The notes: generated by a model not told the origin, from the letters alone. Counted from the first letter of the whole stretch, positions 46,156 to 57,602 are shown. The stretch: DNA of 63,836 bases, filler included, from Craspedostauros australis (GCA_030167865.1; 6 parts of 6 records of this genome joined end to end with filler, not necessarily neighbours in it); one strand, 5' to 3'. Numbers and translations are program-made.

Positions 46156-46657
46156 TCACTTCTGCACAGTGACATCTTCGTCGGCGTCGGCCTCGATGTC
46201 AGACGACGACGCTTCCTCCTCTTGGTTGAGCACATCCATGGCACGCATCTCCATCTTGAGGCTGGTCTCGAACACCTTGCGCTCGGACTCGGTTTGGGCA
46301 GCTTCGGCCTCTGCGCGGATGGTCTTGATGTTGGACAAGATGCGCTCGCGACGGACAGAGTAGGACTCTGGTCGAGAAGAAAGAGCATTTTGGATCTCAA
46401 GGTACTCGCGCGGGATCTTTCTGGCACCGGCTTCGCCGGTGAGGACGTTGGTTCCCAAATGCATATTGCGGTTGCTCTGGTGGTCTGGCTTCATACCGGC
46501 CGCGCGCTCCTCTGGGGTACCGACGTACACCTCATCGAGCTGGAAGCCAGAGATGGCCTTGTGGATGGAGGCAAGAACCCAGGCTCCGGAGCAGATACCA
46601 GTGGCTTCCAAGGCCAGACAAATCCGGAGGAAGATGTACACCAGTGGGTTGGAGAGG
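46156..46657 (-). CDS. SIT: Silicon transporter, 3' fragment (last TM and C-terminal tail; 5' part lost at contig end)
   Basis: LSNPLVYIFLRICLALEATGICSGAWVLASIHKAISGFQLDEVYVGTPEERAA is the characteristic diatom SIT C-terminal segment, followed by a coiled-coil-like tail. Confidence 0.93.
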
Positions 46658-46757
46658 NNNNNNNNNNNNNNNNNNNNNNNNNNNNNNNNNNNNNNNNNNN
46701 NTTAATTAATTAANNNNNNNNNNNNNNNNNNNNNNNNNNNNNNNNNNNNNNNNNNNN
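46658..46757. other. Artificial contig linker
   Basis: N-TTAATTAATTAA-N. Confidence 0.99.
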
Positions 46758-47549
46758 TGATGTCGCTGCGCACCTCGCGTATGCGTTCCATGACGCGTTC
46801 AAAATCGACGCGCACCGCGGATGGTGTGCGCAAGGTTCGCCGAATGAATGATAGCCTTCGATGGCACAACCAACATTGAGTCTGTGATGTTGCAGCGTGC
46901 AATTTACGATGCGCGGGGATGGAATCGTGCATTGCGATTGTGTATGGATTCCGGGAAGGAACGTCAGCAGCGAGGACGGTAACGACGGCAATGATGAGAA
47001 TGACGGCACTTCCAATCATCAAATCCAAATGCGGCAGAGTAATGTGGTACAGCAACGCGATTAATAGCAATCTTCGATCATGTTGCGTTGCTACCCCTGA
47101 ACAAATAATTCGCACGTACCAATCACCGCCCAACATGTGTTCCTCAACCATTGCGACGCGTGCGCCGACACCTGCTGATGCACCCGCTGTGATGAGACCG
47201 GCCGTACCACCACCGATGACAACCAGATCGTCGGTATCATCTCCCTTTTCTGAAATAGGACCCTGCCATTCCGGTGGATGGACGTGATTCAACAAAGTGA
47301 TGTTGTTTTCATCCAACGGCCAGACCTTGGAGGCCACGTGAATGTCGTTGGCGCGCCCTGCAGAGCCTTGCCCAGAATGACCGCTTCGTCGCGGTTCGGT
47401 GCCTGACCATTGGCGATCAAGAAGTCCACAGCTTCGGAACCCACGAAGGAATCCCTGTGCGTCTTGAGGCAGTACTTGCGATCCTCCACCTTGATGTTCT
47501 GCTTGAATCCTTGGGCGATCTCATTGAGTTCGTTGTCAAACGTGGTCAT
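46758..47549 (-). pseudogene. DEP domain plus mercuric-reductase-like pyridine nucleotide-disulfide oxidoreductase, frameshifted 5' fragment
   Basis: DEP: VEDRKYCLKTHRDSFVGSEAVDFLI..RDEAVILGKAL; then in other frames PLDENNITLLNHVHPPEW, DLVVIGGGTAGL, MLGGD|xLNVGC, PSKAIIHSA, VDFERVMERIREVR; three frameshifts. Confidence 0.85.
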
Positions 47550-48199
47550 GATTGTGCCGTTGGTTGTGCTGTTGGTTGCGCTGTTGGTTGCGCTGTTGGC
47601 GATTGAATGACTGAGTGGGTTGGTTGGGTTGCTGGCGATGTGCTTTGTATAACATTCTATTGTATAATATGATGGTTGTTGAGGTATGGTGCTTGTGAGG
47701 AGAGCTTCTGCGATGGGCAGAGTCGTTGACGAAGGCAATTGCTGCTGTTGCTGTCGTCGTTGTCGGCGATGTACTCCATGGAGGAGGAGTCTTCGACGAT
47801 CAGAGGTTTCTCTTGGATGATGTGCGTTGTGCTCAAGAGCAATCCTGTTTGTTTCGTTGTCGTCGTTGTTTACAGGCACACGTGATCGTACTCTCTGCCT
47901 TGTTTGGTTGTGGATGCAAGAGTCTCGTGTCCATCCAAGGATGATCGGTGCGCCTGTATCTCTGGCGATGTGTTGCTGACGATGATGGCATTCCTGGTCG
48001 TTCGTCCCTGCTCACTCGGAGAGGGGGAACTGTTGTGCGTTGCTGCTTCGTGTATTGTGTTGTGTTGGATGACGAGCTTCGGGTATCAAGGGTTCTCGTT
48101 CTTCTTTGTTTTGATTGGCCCGAATAGTATCTTTCTGCGTTCTGTCCAATTCGGTATCTTTCTTTTCTTGCGCAAGCAGTATTCCATTCGAGTCACGGA

Positions 48200-49014
48200 A
48201 CTCTTGCGATGCATTGAGCCGACCTGGTCGTTCGTACATCACGCCGTGCCTGTGGGGACACCAACTTTGCGAAGTGACGGCGCAGACCCATCAAAAGAGG
48301 ATGATCGGCACCATCCACATTGCGTGTGCGGTGGTGGCAACGACCACTCTGTTGTCATCATCCCCGTCAACGACGCCGCTTGGAAGGCATGATCTGAGGC
48401 CGAGCGCATCTCGCAACAGATGTGACAGCAGATCAACGATGCCAACATCCCCATGCACACCATCAGGCCCATCATCGATCGACTCATCGACAATGCCAAT
48501 CGTTTCTTCGCGTTGTGGATCTACCTCCACAATCCCTTTGCGTGACAGACCAAGGCAATGATGGCCACCAACGGAAATCGCAACCGCGACTGCAACCGCA
48601 ATGGAAGCACTTGCAAAGACGCAGATGTGGAGAAGGCCACCATCCTGACTGTCTGTGGTGATGCGGCGCACGCCATGCCTCTGTTCCTTGGACAGGGTAC
48701 CAATCAGGCCATCCAAGACGCCTACTGTCTGGTCAACACCATTCGGCAGTACACCATGCAGTGCAATGGACAAGCCAATGGTGGGAACAGCCTCAAAGAC
48801 ATCTTGCAGATAGAATACATGGACAAGTGATGATCCACCATCGGGACCATCACGTCCAGCACGACCACCACAGCCAAGGCTGATTGGTCTGCTGGGGTAC
48901 CTGGAGGCCTTGTCGGGGTCGTTGGCCAAGTTCCAGGATGTGTTCTTCTTCATCATGGACAAGACGGGCGTTGCGAAGAAGACCGTTCTGGATGCTGCTG
49001 TTCCGAGGATATGA
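48200..49014 (+). pseudogene. FAD-dependent monooxygenase (salicylate hydroxylase/UbiH-like) pseudogene
   Basis: CGDAAHAMPLFLGQGTNQAIQDAYCL motif; in-frame TGA at 48390, 48423, 48543, 48828, 48831; frameshift before LGYLE..FFFIMDKTGVAKK; no N-terminal GxGxxG seen. Confidence 0.85.
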
Positions 49015-49189
49015 GAATGTATGGAGCAGTGCGAAATCGCGATGTGACATTGCGGTGTGGAGCAGATAGATTCTGTGGACGGCTTTCGCTTGTTGTTGAT
49101 GGACCAGCCACACTTGTACGATCCAAACATTCCATACTTCTCACCAACCACAACACTCAATCACAATCATAATCACAGGCGAACACCTC

Positions 49190-49190
<1 letters not shown>

Positions 49191-49225
<35 letters not shown>
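49191..49225 (+). repeat. (CAAT)n microsatellite
   Basis: Direct reading. Confidence 0.9.
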
Positions 49226-49315
49226 CCACCAATCAAACATCTCCCTTTTCCATCTCACTCGTACAACAACACACTCACATGCACCAAAGTGTCAATACTG
49301 TTTTCATGTGCTGTT

Positions 49316-50773
49316 CTAATTACTCGACGACAAGAGTACTCCAAGGCCATCCAGGATCTCATCAATCATCGATCTGCCTTTCTTTTCCACAGAGCAAGCA
49401 GAAGGATCATCAACTCGGACGAGCCCATCCACTCTCTTGTCATCCCACGCTTGTTTCAACGTCTCACTCCCCTGCAGCAGAATGTTGAAAGTCTCGCTCA
49501 TGGGATCCATTGTACCCATTAGGCCCAGTGCATGCATTGTACCCCAATGTTTGCTCGTTCTCATCAGCATCTCTCCAAACAGGGCCAGTGGCCGCGACCA
49601 TGTTGGAAGAGAACACAGCACTGCTCTCACCTTGTTGCGATGATTTCGCCGCAAGTTGCATTCAACAAGCGCATTGTACGAATGGACATGTTCTTCAGGC
49701 GGGCATGGATAAATGTCGAGATGGGTGAGTTGGGTAGTCTGCTCCAAGGTTTGCTGAAGTGCTTCCATTTGTGCCGAGAAGATCTCGGGCGCAACTTTAA
49801 ACATGCCGGGACCCCCAAAGGCAGAGTATCTGAGAGATGACAAGGTCTTGTTTCCCAGGAGCGAGATCAATGCGTCGAACCTTGTCATCCCCTCTTGTCG
49901 CGATGACCCAATCCAAATATCGCGCACCTCGAGCTTCTTCAGGTGTGATGTATCTGAAAGGAGTTTGATGATCTGGTCGATTTCTTGTTGTGAGTAGATT
50001 TGTCGGGCGCTGAGGCCTAGAGCGAAATCGATATTGAGCTTGTTGATGCGCTTGTTTGACTGGAATAGCTTTGCCAAGCTATCACAAGTGATAGGGTTGA
50101 ATACAAAGGATACTTTGGCAACACTGCAATTGTTTGGGGAAAGCCATCTGCACAAATCAGCGCCCCTATTCGCGAGCTTACAATTATAAAACGCAACGTG
50201 TTTCGAGTTTTGGGAGATGTTGAACATGAGCTTGTCACAATCAACAAGATTACATGAATCTAATTGCACACGATGTGTCACAAGAGGGATATCGTGGAGC
50301 TGCTTCATCTCCACGAAGCATTGAGGCAAGCGGATGCCCTCGTCGAATGAAGATTTGGGTGGGTGTTTGGCAGCCAATCGAAGTACGAAGCGAATCGATT
50401 GGTTGTCTTCTTCTCCGAATTGGTCATTGCTGCCGAATTCCAGATACAGGGATCGAATGCGCATCCATCCGCAGCTCTCACGAGACCATTCGCTCAGTAG
50501 AACACGAGGTGACAAAGCAACGTGCTTGTGCAGAACCACCATCGATTCCAAGTCAGCAAAGGTGAATCCTGCTTGGATGGCCATGTCCCAGTGTTCCATC
50601 CGCTTGGGTGTGACGCTGTAGCAGTCGATCTGCTTTGCTCGTGGGGACTGCACATTGAACACGGTCTTCGGTGACAGCTCTTTTCGATGGAGTTGTTTCC
50701 AGAAAGTCTTGAAGTCTGGATCATAATCGCTGTTGGTATTGGTGTTGACGACAGTATCCATGTTGCGGTTCAT
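49316..50773 (-). CDS. RNI-like/LRR-like hypothetical protein of an expanded diatom family
   Basis: 485-codon ORF; NKRINKLNI, HLKKLEV, NKTLSSL, TTQLTHLDI, LRRN and a PLALFGEML tail. Confidence 0.65.
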   Translation of the reverse strand: MNRNMDTVVNTNTNSDYDPDFKTFWKQLHRKELSPKTVFNVQSPRAKQIDCYSVTPKRMEHWDMAIQAGFTFADLESMVVLHKHVALSPRVLLSEWSRESCGWMRIRSLYLEFGSNDQFGEEDNQSIRFVLRLAAKHPPKSSFDEGIRLPQCFVEMKQLHDIPLVTHRVQLDSCNLVDCDKLMFNISQNSKHVAFYNCKLANRGADLCRWLSPNNCSVAKVSFVFNPITCDSLAKLFQSNKRINKLNIDFALGLSARQIYSQQEIDQIIKLLSDTSHLKKLEVRDIWIGSSRQEGMTRFDALISLLGNKTLSSLRYSAFGGPGMFKVAPEIFSAQMEALQQTLEQTTQLTHLDIYPCPPEEHVHSYNALVECNLRRNHRNKVRAVLCSLPTWSRPLALFGEMLMRTSKHWGTMHALGLMGTMDPMSETFNILLQGSETLKQAWDDKRVDGLVRVDDPSACSVEKKGRSMIDEILDGLGVLLSSSN

Positions 50774-51869
50774 CCTTTTCTTGTTGTCACTGTTGCTGTT
50801 GGTGGTGCAATCGTACGAGTTGAGCAGACAGAGTCTGTGGTCCCAAATCAGTTGCGCTTGGATGGCGATTATGAGCTCATCTGCTCGAGCTTGATGTCCT
50901 CCATTTCATGATCCCGTGCATTGATCACGAAACAACGTGTCGTCAGTCAACATACCTGGATGGGCTTGCGCAGTTCCACCACTGCGTATGGTGTGGTTCG
51001 GTGTGGTTCGGTATGGTATAGTATGGCATGGTACAACCGTGGACAACCACATCATGATCCGAAGCTGGCTTGCTCGCTCGCTCGCACGATACAACCTTCG
51101 ATGATGCCCAACTTGGCCACGCTGTGCAGTTGTGCCTCTTCATGTGATACCATAGTACATCCCTCTGTGATGGTCTTGGGGGGAGTCAACCACGATACCA
51201 CTCCGATCGATACACTTCTTCGGGAGTTGGATGTCATCGAACGAATGCAATGGGCGGATCCACGATGCGACGAATCCACGATGTGAAGAATCCACCACGA
51301 TGACTTCTTCGGTGGACATCAGAGACGTTTCTCATGTTCTGTGGCGATGACGATGACGACGATGGTGATGACACCACTCGTGTTTCAATCCACAACAAAC
51401 GTATCCAGGACTCATCTCGCCTCACCCAATCGTCGCGAACGACAAATAGCACGGGAAGCCAATCGTTGTGTGGCGGTGGCGGCGACGATGATGACAGTGA
51501 TGGTGGCGGCGCAACAGAAATCGCCGCTGCGAATACTGATGCAGATCGCCACAACCACAACCACAACCATAACGCTCAACGATGATCACCGTCGGCACCA
51601 AGCATCTATCCACAGAGTACGAATACCAATACTCTCTCTCGTTTCTCTCTGCTTCTAGCGAGAGACTTCGAACGATGCCGGCTGGTTGACTTGGTTCCTT
51701 ACTCATTGATCGCCCAACCACAGAGACAGCCGCAACCAGAAGAATCACGGCAATGGCACCAATGGCACCAATGGCATCGTTGATGCATCAAAAGAGGATG
51801 ATTGGTGCCATCTGCATCGCGTGCATGGTGGTGGCAACGAACTCACGGTCATCGCCGTCGTCCCCGTCA

Positions 51870-51969
51870 NNNNNNNNNNNNNNNNNNNNNNNNNNNNNNN
51901 NNNNNNNNNNNNNTTAATTAATTAANNNNNNNNNNNNNNNNNNNNNNNNNNNNNNNNNNNNNNNNNNNN
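51870..51969. other. Artificial contig linker
   Basis: N-TTAATTAATTAA-N. Confidence 0.99.
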
Positions 51970-54900
51970 CGAAGACTCACGGGAATGCGAGGATCCTGCG
52001 TCATCAGCAACAACGCACTGCGCTCAGAGCACTGGACCCTGCCCTTCTCCGATGTTCCCTCCATGCGAGCTGCCACATTCACCGTGTCACCGAACACTCC
52101 ATAGCGAGGATTCAACGTCCCCACCACGCTGCTCACCACTGGACCCGTGTGGAAGCCACCTCGGATCTTGATGTATCCCTTGCTCAGATCGTCCGAGTCC
52201 ACAGGGATGCGACTGGCGGCCTGGACTGCTTCCATGGCGAACTTCGCGATGCGCTTGACGTGATCATCGGGCTGCTTCTTGGCCAGGTTGGATGCGCACA
52301 TGTAGGCATCACCGATGGTCTCGATCTTGAACAGATCGTGCTTCTGGGTCAGCTCGTCGAATGCGCGGTACAGACGGTTGAGCATGGCGGATACCTTCAG
52401 GGGAGAGAAGGAAGAGGCGATGCTCGTGAAGCCCACGATGTCAGAGAAGAAGATGGTGACCTCATCGTGTGATTCTGGTTCTGGGTGTCCACCTCTCTCA
52501 AGCACTCTGGCGATGTGTGGTGGGAACATCTGCGAGAGGAGGTGGATTCCGTGAGCTTGTTGTTGCTGCTGCTGTTGCTGGTGGGTGAGAGGAGGCAGAG
52601 ATGATGCACCAATGCTGCTCGTTCCCGCGATGCTAGCAGCAGTGCCAACAGTGCCAGCAGCAGCAGGAACCACGAAGCCTGGTGCGGACTTCATGCCTTG
52701 AAGGGATCGTCTCAAACCTCCTCCGCTTCTCATACCCAAACCCATACTCCCCATGCTTCCCATGCCGAGGCTGCCCATGCCGACATTTCCACCGATGCCC
52801 ATGCCGGCCGTGGCAAGGCCTCCAACGTACGTCGGTGCCACCTTCTCGACAGTCAGCTCCTTCAGACGGTTGTCAAACTCGCCTGCTGTGGGACGCAACG
52901 AAGGATCCGCCACCATCAAGAACTTCATCAGCTTCGATACCTTCGGTGGACACGCCGGAGGCACTGGTGGTCGACGGTTGATCTTGATGTCGCACACCTG
53001 TTGGAGGACGTCGAGCGCATTCTCTCCTTCGTACGGATCTCGCCGACTGTACAGCTCGTACAGGATGATGCCCAGCGAGTACATGTCGGATGCTGCGGTG
53101 TTGGATGTCTCTCCCCTCAGCAGCTCGGGTGCCATGAAGAACGGTGTTCCCATCGCACCCTTCTTCTTGCGATGGGAGAAGCCGAAGTCTGCCACCTTGG
53201 CTCGGAACTTGCTGTCCACCAGCACGTTGGCTGACTTGAGATCGCCGTGGATGACCTGCGGATCGGCGGAGTGCAGGAAGCGCACGCCTGATGCGATGTC
53301 GCGCAGGAAGTTGAGGATGAGCTCACCATCCATCAGCATGGTCTCGTTGTGGAGGAGGTCGTACAATGATCCGTGGCTCATGTACTCCATGACGAGAGTC
53401 GGTTCTTGTCCTTTGGCGATGACAGCACCCATGACGGTGGTGATGCATGGATGTCTGAGCTTGGATAGGAGTCTCATCTCTTGTACGAACTCGTCCTTCT
53501 GTCTGCTGTACGAGCTGGATGATCCATCGTGGTTGTTGCGACGGAAGATGTTGAGGAATCCCTGTGAGAGAAAGCTGAAGCTGTTGCTGATGCTCCTTCC
53601 GATGCCGGCGTTGCTGCCACTGCCGCTACCACTGTTGCTCTTGAGGTTGTATTTGTACTTGCTTCCACTGTTGCTGTTGCTGTTGTTGTTGCTATTGGAT
53701 CCACGCTGCACGACAACAAGCCTCGAGTCGAGACCGGATGCGCGTCCCGAGAGCATGACGTTGTTCCGTCCATCGAATGTGCGCATTCCAGATCTCTTGC
53801 CGTTGATGACACGAGTAGATCCAGATCTAGAACCAGAACCAGATCTCGATCCTGCGATGTTGCCTGAGAATGTCGCGGATAGCTTGCGTGGCATGCTGGC
53901 GGCGGAAGTCTTGGCTGCGGGCGTTCTGGTCGATCTAGTGGATCGGCGCGAAGTCGAAGCCATGCCTGACTCCATCCCTGATGCTACAGCTGATCCCATA
54001 CTTGATCCCATCCCTGACACAGTGGCTGATGCTGTGGCTGATGCCATTCCGGAGGCCATGCCACTGGATCTGTTCTTGGGACGAATGCTCTCAATGTGAC
54101 TGGCCTCCAGATCTCTGTCGAGCTGCAGGTCGAGGGGTAGATCGCAGTCGCTGTCTGTCTCGATGTCTCGCTCATTGATCGTGGATGATGTGGCAGTGGT
54201 GAGCGCTGTATTGAAGGGACGATGCAAAGAACCATCGCCCGCCGAGCTGGATCGATGGTCATGGATATCACCAACGCTGCTCCTGATATTGCTGTTGGTG
54301 TGCGTTGTGCTTGTGGATGTGATGTCGACCATGACATTGCTCGACATGCCAGATGCGGAATGGAACATGCCCGATTTGAGAGTCTTGGCCTTGAGGGTTG
54401 TTGGTGCCGGTGCCGATGCCGATGCTGCTCCGTTCATCATGCCTGCACTCGATCCAATCGGCTCCACCTCGTCAGATGAGTCTGTTCCACCTTCCTGCGC
54501 ATTGCCGTTGCCATTACCGTTGGTGTGACTGCCAGAACCATTCCCATCATGATCGACACCAAACGATGCACGCACCAGATCTTCGCTGTGTGGTGCCAGC
54601 ACTCTCTTCACTGCCACCTGCGTACCTCGGTACTCCGCCAGAAGGACGAAGCCGAACGTGCCCTGACCAATGACCTGAGGAGGATCGGTGAACAACAGCT
54701 CCTCTGGCTTGACGGCCCACACAGAGTCGGCTTCTTGACGCTTCTTCTCGACGTACCACATCACCACGATGAGGAAGAGAAGGAACATGGGGACCAGGAT
54801 GGATGGGATGAGGATCGAGAGTAGCACGCATGTGCCGAAGAGATCGACTGCGTCGTCGTTGCAGACGCAAACACCATCGGCATCGGGTTGTCGTATGTCG

Positions 54901-56687
54901 CTGTAGTCAACAGAGCAGTCTCGCTCGATGATCTGGATGCGGAGCGGGCTTTCTGGTATCTGTTCTCCATCGAGGAAGATCTCGAGGATGAGGCTTCCGA
55001 CTTGTCGTGACATGACGGTGAAGTGATGGATGTTGCTGTTAACAACGCTGCCAATCGCAACGCTGCTGCCTGTGTCTGTGATGGCATCATTGTTGACATC
55101 ATTGTTGATGATGGTATGGAGCGGGATCTTGGTGACGGTGGCCTGTCGTGTGGATTGTCCTTCGTGCACAGTGACGGTGATGATGGCGTCGGTTCTGTTC
55201 TTGTTGTCGATGGCTTGCAGCGTGATGGGTATGGTTTGCTGCGATGTTCCGCAGACGGACATCTTCGGGCATCCGGCCGATGTGGCCGGGAGTGGCAGCG
55301 TTGGTGTTTGTTGTTGCGATGACGATGTTGGGAGGAGGGAGGACACGTCGACGTCGAATGCCTTGAGGCATGGGCTGCATATGCATGTGTAGTCTTCAGA
55401 TGGACACGACAAGCCCTCTGTTTGGCATCCACGGTCGACTTCCGCTCGTGATTTGCGGAAGAAGCCATCGGGGCACTGAATAGCCTCATAGAGCTGCGAT
55501 GGTCTGGGACATTGCCACACACCTGATACTGGATGCTTTTTCAAGAACCGGATCTCCTCTAGCATGCCACGCACAGGCGCATAGGTAAAGGATGTTCGGA
55601 AACCTGCGTATTTGCCGTTTTCCATCGCTCGCAGCGCCGTCTTGGAGACTTCGTAGGTGGAGTCGAAGCGCAAGTCTTCCGTTTCGACGAGCTTGGAAAG
55701 ATCCCTGCAACTGTTGACCGCCGTGATGTTGCCGTTCCCGATGCCCTCTTCGCATGCTCGGATGCGCAAGCCGATGTTGGAGTGATCCAGCAATGCGATC
55801 ATCGCAGACTGCACCTCCACATTGACCTGCGACGGCACGTGTGCCAATGCCGCCAAATTCCATTCTGGGTACAAAGGCGTCAACGCCGTGAAAGGAAACG
55901 GTTCTCCGTCGATGTTGAGTCCGTCTTGCTGATTCAGAATCTTGAACACGGACGGGTCGATCGGTTCACCAGTTTCGTCATCCTTCGTTCGTTCGATCTG
56001 ATCCGTGCGGATGAAGCCCACATCGAAGATGCCCTTCTTCACCCCGTTCACGATTTTGCCTTGGTTGCTCGTGAAAACGACCTGTTTTGGATCTTGGATG
56101 TATGACAGCTTCGCGACTTGCAATTCGCGGAACTGCATCTGCCCAGCTCCGAAGGCAGAAACGGAGGCTGCTGCAATGGTCTTGTTTCGCAGATCTTGCA
56201 GCGTGTTGATCCTGTCGTTATCTGCTCTGACAGCGACGACGCCGCCGAATTTGGATAAGATGTATTCCTCTCCGTTGACGAACCGCTTGGATATGTGAGA
56301 CACCAGGCTCTCTGTTCCAAACTCAGCCTCCAGGCAGGTGGATGCACTTGGGTTGACGTAGGTAAAATCGATGGACGCCGCTGGCTGCGTTGCGTCGAAC
56401 ATACCCTCGAACCCCAGCGCGACCATTTCGAAGGAGATGGGAGGATCGAAACGCTGTCCAACCGTCTGCGTGAGGTACTCCGAAAAGGTGACATTGTGAC
56501 GTTGGAAGGCGTTGTCGACGCCTGTGATGGCCAGCACGCCGATGGTGTACTTGGATTTGTACGTGTGGTTGCGATGCTTTGGAAGACCGTGAGAAGCAGC
56601 GCACTGCTCGTCGGCGGTTGTCTCCAATGTCGCAGCGCCCAAGGCGAGCAAGCCGAGAGCAACAGCATGAGTCGAGAAACCTCTCAT
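51970..56687 (-). CDS. Receptor-type kinase/guanylate-cyclase-like protein with extracellular phosphonate/phosphate-type periplasmic-binding domain (3' end truncated)
   Basis: Signal peptide; TIGVLA..DFTYVNPS..FGGVVAVRAD..DVGFIRTD..TPLYPEWNLAAL; TM; GQGTFG, VAVK, HGDLKSANVLV, DFG, GTPFFMAPE; TIFFSDIVGFT, KIETIGDAYM, FGDTVNVAARME. Confidence 0.93.
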
Positions 56688-57602
56688 TGTCGAAGTATCG
56701 TCGTCGTTGTGGAGGCTGCTTGGCTTGGCTTAGGTTTTTGTGGGATGTTGATTGTGGTCTCGGAGCTGTCTTTGTGATGAACTCTTTGTGATCGTAGCTA
56801 ATACGTGGACGGTACCGTATGAGTATGCGTGTATGTAGCTACGTGTGTTGATTCAGTGTCGTCTGCACTTTGTGGTGGTTGTAGCTTGCGATGGTTGCTT
56901 CGCCAGCTTCGCATCAGGCTGGTCACCCCTGTGTTGGCGCCTCTCTGGGTTGGTGTTTTGTGGGGGCTCCAGCAGCTTGTTGGTGAGTTGGATGCTCTGT
57001 GTGTGTCATTCCTTTTCTTCGTGTTTGCGCTGCCTTTGCGAGCAGCGCTATTTTTATCACTTCCCCCTGGTGACATTTCCTCGCGTTTCCCATTTCGGTG
57101 ATGTCGCGAATAGCGCAACAAATATCATTTGTATGGAACCTGGCTCACAAGAGATAGAGGGCGTTTTGACCGAATATGACCCCTTTTACAGTTCGTGTTG
57201 CCCAATTCGGTTTATTTGTGGACAACAGCGACTATTCTAATAGTGCGCAGTACAATGGTCATTCAAGACAGAAATCAAGGACCATGAAGACTTCGAACAA
57301 GGGAAGCGCGGTAAATACGTTTTCGGCGTCGTTTTCCGATGGGACTCCATTGGTAGTCCAAGTAGTCATCGTATAACATGTTCACAATCTAGAAGGTACT
57401 CCCATAGACAGTTCATCGACGTAGTGTGAACATGGTATTACGGTTGGTCACTAGTTATGTTATGTTGGTTGTTCGTGCTGCATGGGACTCGCTCCACTCT
57501 TACTCAGTCTGTGTGGTTTCGTCCCCCTCACTCTTGAGGCTCGCCGATGGCAGGTTGACCTCCTCCTGGCCGTCGCTGTCTGACTCGCAGTCAATCTTAA
57601 TC

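Noticed and set aside
48390..48833. Multiple in-frame TGA as selenocysteine or an alternative genetic code
   Set aside because: Not at Cys positions, accompanied by frameshift and motif decay; neighbouring genes use TGA as stop
52753..54099. 448-aa plus-strand ORF, and similar antisense ORFs over 57703-62601
   Set aside because: Antisense shadows of low-complexity coding sequence
46156..56687. SIT, MerA-like gene and PBP receptor as a functional cluster
   Set aside because: They lie on three different contigs joined artificially
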